64,000 nucleotides of DNA from Sphingomonadaceae bacterium (GCA_947454135.1 CANGJI010000002.1:47655-111654), one strand, 5' to 3'; counted from the first letter of the stretch, positions 19,226 through 29,731 are shown. Notes: generated from the letters alone by a model not told the origin. Numbers and translations are program-made.

Positions 19226-21213
19226 TTGTTGATCCGCAGATCGGCCACCTGGCCGGCAATGTACTTGAAGGTGTTGTTGAGCGCGGTCGTGTCGCTCGCG
19301 TAATAGGCGCGCCCGGCCGTGGCGCAGGTTGTCATCTGCGTGGTGAGCGAGGTACCGAAGCCGATGACCCAGACCGTGTAGCCAAGGTTCTTGGCCCGGG
19401 TGCAGGCCGCCAGAAAGCGGCTGTTGTGGTAATCGGCCAAGGTGGTGTCGTTGGTTCCCGAGGGCGCGACCCGGTTGTCGTAAAGCTCCAGGCCGTAAGC
19501 ACTGTAGGATACCGTGCTCGGCTGCATGATACCGTCGGTCATGAAGATGATATGCCGGCTGACCGAGGGATACTTGGTCGCATCCGCCGTCACGTTGGTC
19601 GCGAAGATTCCGGTTGGGCTGCCCAGACGCGCGCCCCAGATCATGCCGACATCATGATACGTGCTGCCATTCGCCACGAGCGTGTTGACGTAGTTGTCGA
19701 GCCACGTGGGAACCACGCCGGGATTGGTCGTATCAACCTCGGTGAACAACATGGCCTGGGGCGGGCACTGCGAGCTCACGCGGTAGGTATCGCTCTGGAG
19801 CGACGTCACCGTGCGCGAGGCGACGTTCGTGCTGCCGCGGTACCACTCGAGGTCGTTCTCGTTGAGCTTCCAGCGCGTCGCATCGCTTGAGGGAACCGAA
19901 TCGATATCGAGGTCGGTCGCACCGCTCGGCACCGGGTTCATCGCGAGGTTCTGCACCGTCTGGCGTTCCTCGACGCAGCCGCTCCACTGGACGTTGGTCG
20001 TGGTGAGGCCGGTTACGCCGGTGGTCCCGTTGAGGGCCGCCAGAGCCACCATGTCATACGTGCCGGAGTTGGGAACCGTCGCCGAAGAGGAGATGTTGGT
20101 TACCACGGGCACGGAGCCGAGCCCCTTGAACGATCGCACGTCCAGCGTCGCCGCCCGGAAGGTCCAGTTGGTGAACTGGTAGCGGGTGACATAAGTCGTG
20201 GTCGTCGTCGAAACGTTGCGCACGCAGGTGCCCAGCGCGCTGGAGCCGTTGCCGGACACCCTCGTCCACGAACGGAACGAATAGCTGGTGCTCGTCGTCG
20301 CCGCAGGCGCCGGGCCGCCGCCGGTAACCGGATTGCTGCCGGTCGTCGGGTACCTGTTCGTGCCGTAGCTGTTGCACTGGGTCTGGGTGATGTTCGAGCT
20401 GAAGGTCTGGGTGCTCGCAACCGGCGTGCCCGCCGTGCCGACGTAGACCGGCGTGGTGAAGTTCGCGAGCGCGGTCTGGAAGGGCTGGGTATCGGCGAAA
20501 TAGCTTGTCGGCATCTGCCCTGATGCAACAAGGCCGCCAACGTTGACCGAAACCGTGTAGGGCACAAAACCGAAGCGGATGCGCGTGTTGGCCTTGTCGG
20601 TCACGGCATTGGCGACAGTCGCATAGAAATTGCGGAGCGCCGTGCGCAGGCCCATGATCTTCGAGGTGCTGCTGCTGTTGCAGTTGGTACCGTCCGGATT
20701 GCAGGCCATCGAGCCGGTGGTATCGAGCACGAACATCACATCGGCGCTCGCCATCTGCAGTTCAGCGCCGCACGCCACCGTGAGCGAGATGGAATTGAAC
20801 CCGAAGGCGCCCATCATCACCGTGGGCATCACGGCGGTTGCTGTTCCGGTGATCCCGCCGGTGCCCGTCGAAGTGGTGGTGAAGGTGGCGGCAGTGGTAT
20901 TGGTGGCGAGCGGATTGAAGTTGAAGTTGAACATCTTGTTCGCCTTCGCCGTCTCCGCGGTCCCGTAGACGCCCGAAGTCGCCATGGCCTTGCGGCCCGC
21001 CAGCACGCCCGCGTCGCAGGCGTTCTGCAGGCTGGCCTTGGTCATGTAGGCGCGCGCCATGTCGGTGCCGCTGCCGGTAATGGCGAGTAGCAGAATGATC
21101 GTAGCGAGGGCGATGCCCAGCGTGGTGCCTGCCGTGTCACGCAGCAGGTTAGCGATCAGGCCGCGCATCGAGGCGCGAACCTGACCTGCCAGTGCTTTCG
21201 TTCGGCGCGACAT
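19222..21213 (-). CDS. TadG-like pilus-associated protein with split vWA domain (CpaL-like)
   Basis: DTAGTTL prepilin-like site, LQNACDAGVLAG Tad motif, MIDAS-like VLDTTGSM, IIFMTDG, VWVIGFG. Confidence 0.8.
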   Translation of the reverse strand: MSRRTKALAGQVRASMRGLIANLLRDTAGTTLGIALATIILLLAITGSGTDMARAYMTKASLQNACDAGVLAGRKAMATSGVYGTAETAKANKMFNFNFNPLATNTTAATFTTTSTGTGGITGTATAVMPTVMMGAFGFNSISLTVACGAELQMASADVMFVLDTTGSMACNPDGTNCNSSSTSKIMGLRTALRNFYATVANAVTDKANTRIRFGFVPYTVSVNVGGLVASGQMPTSYFADTQPFQTALANFTTPVYVGTAGTPVASTQTFSSNITQTQCNSYGTNRYPTTGSNPVTGGGPAPAATTSTSYSFRSWTRVSGNGSSALGTCVRNVSTTTTTYVTRYQFTNWTFRAATLDVRSFKGLGSVPVVTNISSSATVPNSGTYDMVALAALNGTTGVTGLTTTNVQWSGCVEERQTVQNLAMNPVPSGATDLDIDSVPSSDATRWKLNENDLEWYRGSTNVASRTVTSLQSDTYRVSSQCPPQAMLFTEVDTTNPGVVPTWLDNYVNTLVANGSTYHDVGMIWGARLGSPTGIFATNVTADATKYPSVSRHIIFMTDGIMQPSTVSYSAYGLELYDNRVAPSGTNDTTLADYHNSRFLAACTRAKNLGYTVWVIGFGTSLTTQMTTCATAGRAYYASDTTALNNTFKYIAGQVADLRINK

Positions 21214-21598
21214 CCCGCGACATTCCTCCAACAGCTGGGCGCCCCTTCACGCTGCGCCGCCAGACCGTCACCACGGACTGAAAGCGGGCACGAGAGTGAC
21301 CCAAGCTCCGTCCATGTAAGCAAACCGCCTTCAAAATCGTAAATTTGCGGGAAAAATTCTCTCAGTCGTTTTACCGAAGCGCGGCAAGCGCAGCGGGGCT
21401 CATGGTAAACGCCGCGCTAGGCCTGAACCGTCAACGCGCTGCCCACCGGCTTGAGCAGGTTTGACAATATCGCCAGGAACAGGGAATACCGGCGCTGCTA
21501 TCGGCCGCCGAAGCTGCGACCGGCAGCGCCCTGATCAGCGCAGGACCGTAGCGCGCGATCGAAACCCATGACGCCTTCGCTGCCAAGGGACGACGTTC

Positions 21599-22276
21599 GT
21601 GAAACTGCTCGTGGTCGAAGATGACGCTGCTCTGGCGGAGGCGCTGCTTGCCGCCTTCAACCGGGCCGATATCAATGCCGAATTCTGCGCGACCGGCAGC
21701 GGCGCGGCCGAACTGCTGTCGCTCTACGCTTTCGACGCAGCGGTGATCGATCGCGGATTGCCGGACATGGACGGGCTCGACCTCGTCCGCCTGGTGCGCC
21801 GCGGCGGGAACCGCATTCCCCTCATCATCCTCACCGCCCAATCGGATGTGGGTTCGCGGATCGACGGCCTCGACTCTGGCGCCGACGATTACCTTGGCAA
21901 GCCGTTCCTGTTTGCCGAACTGCTCTCCCGGCTCAACGCGGTCATGCGGCGGGCCGAGCAACGCCTTTCAAACACGATGGTCTGCGGCAACCTCGCCTTC
22001 GATGCGGACAGCCGGGTCGTGAGCGTCAATGCCGCCCCGATCGACCTTTCTCCGCGCGAGCGCACGCTGATCGAAATCCTGTTGCGATCACGGGGCAGGC
22101 CGCTCAACGCCGCCCAACTGGAAGACCGCCTGTGCGCGGCGAACGATGCGCTCACCGCCAACGCGCTCGAGGTGAGCATTCACCGCCTGCGCCGCAAGCT
22201 CAAGGCAGCCGGGTCCACGGCGCGGATCGCCTGGCTCCGCGGCCTCGGCTATTGCATCGAGGCTGATGCGGCATGA
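21599..22276 (+). CDS. OmpR-family response regulator (QseB/TctD-like)
   Basis: LLVVEDD, IDRGLPD, DDYLGKPF, NALEVSIHRLRRKL. GTG start. Confidence 0.9.
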   Translation: MKLLVVEDDAALAEALLAAFNRADINAEFCATGSGAAELLSLYAFDAAVIDRGLPDMDGLDLVRLVRRGGNRIPLIILTAQSDVGSRIDGLDSGADDYLGKPFLFAELLSRLNAVMRRAEQRLSNTMVCGNLAFDADSRVVSVNAAPIDLSPRERTLIEILLRSRGRPLNAAQLEDRLCAANDALTANALEVSIHRLRRKLKAAGSTARIAWLRGLGYCIEADAA

Positions 22277-23574
22277 CCCGCAGCCTGTGGTCGCGCATCG
22301 TCGCCGCGCAAGTTGCCGTGGCGCTCGCACTCGCGCTTGGTCTGCCCATCATCGTCAATCAGACCATCAACGCGGTGGGCGATGATCTGACCGAGCGCTT
22401 CATGAGCGGCGAGGCGGCGCAGTACCTCGCCATGCCCGCCAACCCGCAGGCCGACAAGGCGACAGGCGGACGGCACGGGGGCGCTGTCGCCATCTACATG
22501 GTTGCGGGCGGGAATGTCCGCCGGCTGTCCGGGCCGCAGATCGCGGACATCGCCGACCTGAGCCCCGCCCGGCTTGCGCGGCCGGCGTTCCTCCATGGCC
22601 GCTATTCGGACTTCCTGATCCGGCCGATCAAGGCGGGACAGACGCTGGTCATCGCCGAAGATCGCCGCCACCCGGCGGTGCTGCGCGACGATATCACCGA
22701 ACAGTTCCTCAGCCGCTTTGCCGTCATCGTGCTCATTGCCCTTGTCTGTTCGACCCTGGCGAGCCTTGTCGTCGTGGGGCGGGCGATGCGGCCGATCCGG
22801 CAGGCCGCGCGGGACGCGCGGGCACTCGATCCCATCCGCCCGGGCAAGGCACGCCTGCGCGAGGATGTCGTCCCGGCCGAGATCGTGCCGCTGGTCCACA
22901 CCGCCAACGATCTGCTCGACCGCGCTGTTGCCGGCTACGAACGCGAGCGCGTGTTTTCCGCCACCGTGGCGCACGAATTGCGCACGGCGCTCGCCACGAT
23001 CAGCCTCAGGGCCGAACTCGTGGCGGACGGCGAAGCCCGCATCAAGGTCGTCGAGGCAGTCGACCGCGCCAACGGGGTCGTGACCCAGATGCTGGAGCTG
23101 CATGGCCGCAATGGCGAGCCGATTGCCGGCGAACCCCGCGCGGTGTCGGAAGTGGCAGACGCGGTGATCGAGGAGCTCAAGGTGCTGATCGCCTCCTCGG
23201 GCCGCAGCGAGATCGCCGTGCGCGGATCGGGGGACGGACCGGCCCGCCTCGCCCCGGAATCACTCGTGCGGATCACCCTCGCGAACATCATCGAGAACGC
23301 CCTGCGCCATACGCCCGCAGATGCCGCGATCACGGTCATCTGCGATGATGCGGCGGCGACCGTCGTGGTTGCCGATGGCGGACCGGGCATCAGGATGCGC
23401 AGCGGATCGGATGGGCGCCGGATCTATTCGCGCGCCGATGGCGGGCAGTCCCACGGATCGGGGCTCGGCATCGCGATCGTGACGCGACTGATCGAATCGG
23501 CGGGCGGTTCGATCGGGTTCGGCGCCAGCGAAGCGGGCGGAACCGCCGTCACCCTGCGCTACCCGGCGGTCTAG
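22273..23574 (+). CDS. Sensor histidine kinase (QseC-like)
   Basis: Two TMs, AHELRT, NIIENALRH, DGGPGI, GSGLGI. ATGA overlap with the regulator. Confidence 0.88.
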   Translation: MTRSLWSRIVAAQVAVALALALGLPIIVNQTINAVGDDLTERFMSGEAAQYLAMPANPQADKATGGRHGGAVAIYMVAGGNVRRLSGPQIADIADLSPARLARPAFLHGRYSDFLIRPIKAGQTLVIAEDRRHPAVLRDDITEQFLSRFAVIVLIALVCSTLASLVVVGRAMRPIRQAARDARALDPIRPGKARLREDVVPAEIVPLVHTANDLLDRAVAGYERERVFSATVAHELRTALATISLRAELVADGEARIKVVEAVDRANGVVTQMLELHGRNGEPIAGEPRAVSEVADAVIEELKVLIASSGRSEIAVRGSGDGPARLAPESLVRITLANIIENALRHTPADAAITVICDDAAATVVVADGGPGIRMRSGSDGRRIYSRADGGQSHGSGLGIAIVTRLIESAGGSIGFGASEAGGTAVTLRYPAV

Positions 23575-23577
23575 CCC

Positions 23578-25026
23578 CTATTCGGCCTGTCCATTGGCCT
23601 GATAGAGCGCCACCGTATCAACCAGCCGTGCCGCCCACGCCGCGCTGCGCTGCAGACGGGCCTGCTGGACCGCCGCCTGCGACTGGAGCAGCATGAACGT
23701 CCCCACGTCGCCGAGCTGCTGCTGACGCTTCGTGAAGGTGTAGGACTGCTCGGCAGCCGCCAGCGCACGGACCGAAGCGTCCTCGGTCCGCGCATCGGCC
23801 TGGAGCCCGTTGATGGCATCGGACACGTCGACGAAGGCCTGCAACACGACCGTTCGGTACTGCGCCTTGCTTTGATCCAGCAGGGCCACAGCAGCCTGCT
23901 GCTGGCGGCGCAGCGCACCCGAATGGAACACCGGCGCGCTCACGCTCCCGATCAGCGACCAGAAGACATTGCCATCGGTGAACATGCTGGAAAACGCCTG
24001 CGCCGTTCCGCCGGCACTGGCGCTCAGCATCAGCGAGGGGAACCGGGCGGCCACGGCAGCGCGGGCATCCGCCGCAGCGCCTTCGACTGCGGCAGCGGCA
24101 GCCTGCACGTCGGGCCGGCCCTGCACCACGACGGCGGGAAGCGCGACAGGCACTTGCGGCGGCAGCACGAAACAGGTGCTCCCCGGCAGCGGCGGCAACG
24201 GCTCGCCCGGCGCGCGGCCAAGCAGCGCTGAGATAACCGCCCGCTGGTGGACTTCACTGCGCTGAAGCGCGGGCAGCGCGGCTTCCTGTGATGCGAGCGC
24301 GGCCTCCTGCGCGGCAACGTCGGCGTCGCCTGCTGCCCCCAGCGCGCGGCGCTGGCGGGTCAGCTCCAGCATCTGCCGTGCCGAACTGATCGATGTCTCG
24401 GTGGCGGCGATCTGGTCCTCCAGCGCCGCCCGGCTCACCGCCGCCACCACGAGATTGGCGGCCAGCGTCTGGCGCGCGGCAAGGAGATGCGCCGCCGCAA
24501 CCTTGGCCGCCGCCCGCGCCGACTGACGCCGCGCGCGCAGACCGCCGAACAGATCGAGCGGGTAGCTCACCGTTACTTGCGCGGTGTGCAGCGAGTAGAG
24601 CGTCTGCGTGGCATCGGCGAGCGGCGACTGCAGCGAATTGGGGCTTTGCGAGCGCTGGGCCGAGTACGACACGTCCACGCCCGGTGCCAGCGCCGCACCG
24701 GCAACCCCGGCCTGCGCCCGCGCCGCGCGCAAGGCGGCATCGGCGGCGGCGATGTCGTTGCTCCCGGCAAGGCCCTGATCGACGAGCTGGTCGAGAGCAT
24801 CGCAGCCGAACCGCGTCCACCATGCGCGGGGCGTCGTCTCGCCCACCGCGAAGGACTGGGCGGGAACCGCCCCGCCGCCCGCCGTGACGGTCGGTGCGGA
24901 AGCCCCGGCTACCGTTGGCAGCGGCGCAGTCGCGGCAGGATCGCCGATCCCGGCGCAACCGGCGGTCAGCGAACAGGCCGCCAAGGGCAGGGCTGCGTAC
25001 AGGACAGAGCGCAGGCGCGTGATCAT
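23578..25026 (-). CDS. RND efflux outer membrane factor (NodT/OprM lipoprotein)
   Basis: Lipobox LTAGC, WWTRFG-DALDQLV, SYPLDLFGG, YRTVVLQAFVDV. ATGA overlap with the RND gene. Confidence 0.88.
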   Translation of the reverse strand: MITRLRSVLYAALPLAACSLTAGCAGIGDPAATAPLPTVAGASAPTVTAGGGAVPAQSFAVGETTPRAWWTRFGCDALDQLVDQGLAGSNDIAAADAALRAARAQAGVAGAALAPGVDVSYSAQRSQSPNSLQSPLADATQTLYSLHTAQVTVSYPLDLFGGLRARRQSARAAAKVAAAHLLAARQTLAANLVVAAVSRAALEDQIAATETSISSARQMLELTRQRRALGAAGDADVAAQEAALASQEAALPALQRSEVHQRAVISALLGRAPGEPLPPLPGSTCFVLPPQVPVALPAVVVQGRPDVQAAAAAVEGAAADARAAVAARFPSLMLSASAGGTAQAFSSMFTDGNVFWSLIGSVSAPVFHSGALRRQQQAAVALLDQSKAQYRTVVLQAFVDVSDAINGLQADARTEDASVRALAAAEQSYTFTKRQQQLGDVGTFMLLQSQAAVQQARLQRSAAWAARLVDTVALYQANGQAE

Positions 25027-28000
25027 GCGGGCTCCCCTTCCTCGGTGTGGTGACCGATGTCGCGCCCGTGCGGCCCGCGATCTTCCGGCGGCAGGTGCAG
25101 CGAGAAGCGCTCGACCAGTGCCGGCAGCACCAGCAGGATCAGCAGGGGCGCCAGCGACATCCCGCCGACAACGACGAGGGCCAGCGGCTTCTGCACCTGG
25201 CTGCCGATGCCGTTGGACAGGGCGGCAGGAAGGAGGCCGATGGCGGCGACCAGACACGTCATCAGCACCGGCCGCATGCCGTTCGCGGTCGCGCGGCGGA
25301 CCGCCACGTGCCGCGTCGCGCCATCATCGACGACCTGGTTGAAGGTCGTGACGATCAGAATGCCGTCCATCACCGCAATGCCGAACAGCGCAACGAAACC
25401 GATCGCCGCCGAGATGCTGAACGGCGTCCCGGTCAGCGCCAGCGCCAGCACCCCGCCGACGATGGCCATGGGGATCGCGGAGAAGGCGAGGAACGTATCG
25501 CGGACCGAACCGAAGTTGGCGTAAAGCAGGATCAGGATCAGGATCAGACTGATCGGCACGACGATTTCCAGCCTCGAGATCGCGTTCTGCAGGTTGTCGA
25601 GCTCGCCGGCCCATTCGAGGTGATAGCCCGACGGGATCGTGACATGCTTGGCGATCCGCGCCTTCGCTTCACCAACGGCGCTGCCCAGATCGCGTCCGCG
25701 CACGCTGAACTTGATCGGGATGTAGCGCTCCTGATGCTCGCGGTAGATGAACGAGGCACCGGTGGTCAGGCGGATATTGGCGACTTCCGAGAGAGGCACC
25801 TGAATCTGGCCATTGCCGCCGGGTGCGGGCGCACCCACGGTGATCCGCCGAATGGCTTCGAGCGAACCGCGCTGGTCAGCCCTCAGACGGACGACGATCG
25901 GGAAGTGCCGGTCGGTCCCGGGCTCGTAGAGCTGGGCCACGCTGCTCCCGCCGATGGCGGCAGCGACAGTCTGGTTGATGTCGTCCGGCGTCAGTCCATA
26001 GCGCGAGGCGCGGGCGAGATCGACGTCGATGCGCACCGTTGGCTGGCCCAGCGACTGGAACACGCCGAGGTCCTCGATGCCGTTCACCTTGGCCATCTGC
26101 GCCTTGATCGCGTCTGCCGTCTTCTCCAGCACCGCAAGGTCGGGACCATAAAGCTTGATCGAGTTCGCGCCCTTAACGCCGGACGCGGCTTCCTCGACGT
26201 TGTCCTCGATGACCTGCGAGAACGAGAAGTCGACACCCGGATAGCGGTTACCCAGCTTACGCGACATGTCTTCGACCAGCTTGTCCTTGGTCATGCCCGC
26301 AGGCCACTCGCTGGCGGGCTTCAGCGGGACGAAATACTCCGCGTTGAAGAACCCGGTCGCGTCGGTGCCGTCATCGGGGCGGCCATGGGCGGAAAGGACC
26401 GCTTCGGTTTCCGGGTAGTTCGCCAGATCGCGCCGGATGGCATTGACGACAGGCTGGCCCGCCTCGAGGCTGATCGAAGGCGGCAGGCTGGCGCGGATGT
26501 AGAGGTTGCCTTCCTCCAGATGCGGCAGGAACTCGATGCCGAGCGAGCGCACGCCGATCCCCGCCAGCGCGAGCGCAATCGCAGCGCCGCCGAAGGTCAG
26601 CACGCGGTTGGCCTGCGCAAAGGCCGCCGCCGGTTCGTAGAGGCGGCGCAGCCACGCCACCAGCTTGGTCTCCACCTCGGAGAGACTGTCCGGCAGCAGG
26701 ATCGCCGAAAGCACCGGTGTCACCGTGAAGGTCGCGATGACGCCGCCGGTAATCGCGTAGGCATAAGTCTTCGCCATCGGACCGAAGATGTGCCCCTCGA
26801 CCCCCGTCAGCGTGAACAGCGGCAGGAAGCTGGCAATGATGATCGCAGCCGCGAAGAAGATGCCCCGGCTCACTTCGGATCCTGCATGGAGGATGGCGCT
26901 CATCCGGGTGGCCGGGCTGAAGTGGCCGTGGCCGGATTCGACCGCGACGGACCTTTCCACCATGTGCCGGAAGATGTTCTCGACCATGATCACGCTGGCA
27001 TCGACGACGAGACCGAAGTCCAGCGCGCCGACTGACAGCAGGTTGGCGCTTTCGCCCTGCGCGACGAGGATGAGGACCGCGATGGCAAGCGCAAAGGGAA
27101 TGGTCGCGGCAACGATCAGCGCGCTCCGCAGGTTGCCGAGGAAGATCCACTGCAACGCGAAGATCAGGATGATACCCGCCATCAGGTTCTCGAGCACCGT
27201 GTGCGTCGTCAGGCGGATGAGGTCCGAACGATCGTAGACGCGTTCCAGATGCACACCCGGCGGCAGCACACCCGAAGCGTTGATTTCGGCCACTTCCTTT
27301 TGCACCGCGAGGATCGTCGGCATCGACTTGGCGCCGCGCTGCATGAGGACGATGCCCTCGACGATATCATCGATGCCATTGTACCCGGCGATGCCGAGGC
27401 GCGGCATGTTGCTGATCGAAACCTTGGCGACATCCTTGAGCAGGACCGGCGTTCCGCCCGCCGTCCCGACCAGCACGTTCTCGATGGCCGAGGGCGACTG
27501 GATCAGGCCGACGCCGCGCACGATCGCCGCCTGCGAACCGAAGTTGATCGTCTGGCCGCCCACGTTGCTGTCGCTCTTCGCAAGCGACTGCATCACCTGC
27601 GCCATGGTCACCCCGTGGGCAACCAGCCGGTCGTTGTCGACCGTGACTTCATAGGCCCTGAGCTTGCCGCCCCAGCCGGTCACGTCGGCAACGCCCGGGA
27701 TGCGCTTGAACCGGCGCTGCAGGATCCAGTCCTGCAAGGTCTTGAGGTCCATAGGCGAATAGCCGTCGGGCGCGACGATGCGGTAGCGGTAGATTTCGCC
27801 GATCGGGCTCGTCGGCGAAAGGGTCGGCTGCGCACCGCCCGCCAGCGGCGGCAACTGCGACAGGCGGTTGATGACCTGCTGCTGCGCTTCCTGATAGGTC
27901 AGGTCGTAGCTGAACTGCACTTTCACGTCGGAGAGGCCGAACAGCGAGATCGCGCGCACCGTTGTCAGGTGCGGAATGCCCGCCATCGCCACCTCGATCG

Positions 28001-28199
28001 GCACGGTGACGTTGCGTTCCATCTCCTCGGCGGAGAGGCCCTGGGTCTGCGTGACGATCTCGACCATCGGCGGGACGGGATCGGGGTAGGCCTCGATATT
28101 GAGCGCCGCAAAGGCGAAGCCGCCTGCGACCAGCACCGCCGCGAAGACGGCAACGATCAGCAGCCGCTGCCGCAGCGCAAAGCGTAGCAGCCGGTTCAC
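25023..28199 (-). CDS. CusA/CzcA family (HME-type) RND efflux permease
   Basis: 1058 aa. IEAYPD, SLFGLS, SPIGEIYRY, GALDFGLVVDASVIMVENI, AAIGFVALFGIAVMDG, RPVLMT, GSQVQKPLA. Confidence 0.92.
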   Translation of the reverse strand: MNRLLRFALRQRLLIVAVFAAVLVAGGFAFAALNIEAYPDPVPPMVEIVTQTQGLSAEEMERNVTVPIEVAMAGIPHLTTVRAISLFGLSDVKVQFSYDLTYQEAQQQVINRLSQLPPLAGGAQPTLSPTSPIGEIYRYRIVAPDGYSPMDLKTLQDWILQRRFKRIPGVADVTGWGGKLRAYEVTVDNDRLVAHGVTMAQVMQSLAKSDSNVGGQTINFGSQAAIVRGVGLIQSPSAIENVLVGTAGGTPVLLKDVAKVSISNMPRLGIAGYNGIDDIVEGIVLMQRGAKSMPTILAVQKEVAEINASGVLPPGVHLERVYDRSDLIRLTTHTVLENLMAGIILIFALQWIFLGNLRSALIVAATIPFALAIAVLILVAQGESANLLSVGALDFGLVVDASVIMVENIFRHMVERSVAVESGHGHFSPATRMSAILHAGSEVSRGIFFAAAIIIASFLPLFTLTGVEGHIFGPMAKTYAYAITGGVIATFTVTPVLSAILLPDSLSEVETKLVAWLRRLYEPAAAFAQANRVLTFGGAAIALALAGIGVRSLGIEFLPHLEEGNLYIRASLPPSISLEAGQPVVNAIRRDLANYPETEAVLSAHGRPDDGTDATGFFNAEYFVPLKPASEWPAGMTKDKLVEDMSRKLGNRYPGVDFSFSQVIEDNVEEAASGVKGANSIKLYGPDLAVLEKTADAIKAQMAKVNGIEDLGVFQSLGQPTVRIDVDLARASRYGLTPDDINQTVAAAIGGSSVAQLYEPGTDRHFPIVVRLRADQRGSLEAIRRITVGAPAPGGNGQIQVPLSEVANIRLTTGASFIYREHQERYIPIKFSVRGRDLGSAVGEAKARIAKHVTIPSGYHLEWAGELDNLQNAISRLEIVVPISLILILILLYANFGSVRDTFLAFSAIPMAIVGGVLALALTGTPFSISAAIGFVALFGIAVMDGILIVTTFNQVVDDGATRHVAVRRATANGMRPVLMTCLVAAIGLLPAALSNGIGSQVQKPLALVVVGGMSLAPLLILLVLPALVERFSLHLPPEDRGPHGRDIGHHTEEGEPA

Positions 28200-29458
28200 T
28201 GGCCCAGCCCCGCCTCGTTCACGAAGAGCGCGCCGGCCGTAACGATGGTCTCACCGCCGCGCAGGCCGCTGAGGATCTCGATCCGCCCGCCCTGCTCTTC
28301 GCCGGTGCGCACCTGCCTGATGGCGAGGCGCTTGTCCGGCCGCAGGATCCACACCCGGGCGCTATCGCCTTCATGGATCACCGCCGTTGCCGGCACGAGA
28401 ATGCGCGTGCCGGGGCTGAAATGCTGGATGGAGAAGCTCGCGAACATCTGCGGCTTGAGCGCGCCATCGGGGTTCGCGATGGTCGCGCGCACCGGCAGGC
28501 GATGGGTCATCGGATCGAGCCCCGCGCCAACAAGGTCGATCACGGCGGTGAACTTGCGCCCCGGCCAGGCCGGGGTGACAACCTCGACCTTGTCGCCGAC
28601 ATGAACGCCGGACGCATCGCTTTCCGCGATCTGCGCCTGCAGCCACACGCGCGAGGCATCGGTGATCGTGAAGACGGGCTTGTCGCCGCCAACCGCCACA
28701 TACTGGCCGGGCGATACATCACGCAGCGCAACCGTGCCGCCAATGGGCGCGTGGAACGTGGTCACTTCATGCAGACCGCTGATCTCCCGCGCGCTTTCCA
28801 GCCGCTGGATCTCGCCCGCAGACTTGCCCAGAATGGCGAGCTTGTCGCGCGCGGCCCCCACCGCCGCCTCCGCGCTGCGCTCCTGCGCCTCTGCCGCGGC
28901 AAGATCGGTCAGCGCCTGCTGGTAGTCCTTGCGCGCGCCGCCGGCGGTCTCGGTCAGCGCCTTGGCCCGCTCAGCATTGCGGCGCGCATTGAGCAGGGCC
29001 GCCTGCGCGGACCGCCATGTCGCCTCGGCCGAGAACAGGGCACCGCGCGCATCGACGAAATCGGTGGTGCGGATCGTCAGCATCGGCTGGCCCGCCGTCA
29101 CCACCTGCCCCGCATCGACCAGCACCTTCATGACCTGCCCGGAATAGGGCAGCAGCACCGGCGTGCTGAGATCGCCGTCCGCCTCGATCGAACCCGAGGC
29201 CGTGGTGATCTGCTCGGCAAGGCCCGAACCCACCTTTTCGAAGGAGAGGGTCGCCAGCTGTTCCTGCGTCGGGCGGAACGTGCCCGGCGGATCGACGGGC
29301 GGCTGCTGGGGCGCGGGCTTGAGCAAGGTCAGGACGAGCCAGACGACAAGCGCCAGTGCGGCAAGGCCAGCTACCGTGAAGGCCAGCACACGCACTTGCT
29401 GCCGCGCGGGGAGCCGCGGCGCAGGAGGGGGAGTATCGTTCGAAGTAGAAGTGGTCAT
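28196..29458 (-). CDS. RND efflux periplasmic adaptor (CzcB/CusB-like MFP)
   Basis: N-terminal TM, GQVMKVLVDAGQVV, APIGGTV, NPDGALKPQMFA, GLRGGETIV. Confidence 0.88.
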   Translation of the reverse strand: MTTSTSNDTPPPAPRLPARQQVRVLAFTVAGLAALALVVWLVLTLLKPAPQQPPVDPPGTFRPTQEQLATLSFEKVGSGLAEQITTASGSIEADGDLSTPVLLPYSGQVMKVLVDAGQVVTAGQPMLTIRTTDFVDARGALFSAEATWRSAQAALLNARRNAERAKALTETAGGARKDYQQALTDLAAAEAQERSAEAAVGAARDKLAILGKSAGEIQRLESAREISGLHEVTTFHAPIGGTVALRDVSPGQYVAVGGDKPVFTITDASRVWLQAQIAESDASGVHVGDKVEVVTPAWPGRKFTAVIDLVGAGLDPMTHRLPVRATIANPDGALKPQMFASFSIQHFSPGTRILVPATAVIHEGDSARVWILRPDKRLAIRQVRTGEEQGGRIEILSGLRGGETIVTAGALFVNEAGLGQ

Positions 29459-29500
29459 CGGGGGGCACCTGATCGGGTGCGGAGCCCATAGGGCGGGTCA

Positions 29501-29517
29501 CTTACATGTGCCTTACA
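29501..29517 (-). promoter_or_regulatory. Candidate OmpR-family binding box TGTAAG-N5-TGTAAG upstream of the efflux operon
   Basis: + strand CTTACA-TGTGC-CTTACA, 11-bp period, about 43 bp upstream of the MFP start. Confidence 0.5.
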
Positions 29518-29731
29518 GCACAAGTCCGATCAACCGATAGCGTGATACCTGCCCATTTCTGTGCGCTTCAAGCGGCACATCCCGATCTCTACCGCCGCGT
29601 GGGGCTACCCGTCACGACAAGGTGGCCGGATGCTTTCTTCAAGCGGGTAGTGCCCGGGATCTGCACCGGCTCGAGACAACAATGCTCGAAGCCGCCCGCC
29701 ATTGATGATGCCTTGTGGCGGTTTGCCGGCA

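Noticed and set aside
25047-27035. 662-aa + strand ORF, and similar ORFs over the RND operon
   Set aside because: Antisense to the CzcA-family gene; no independent evidence.
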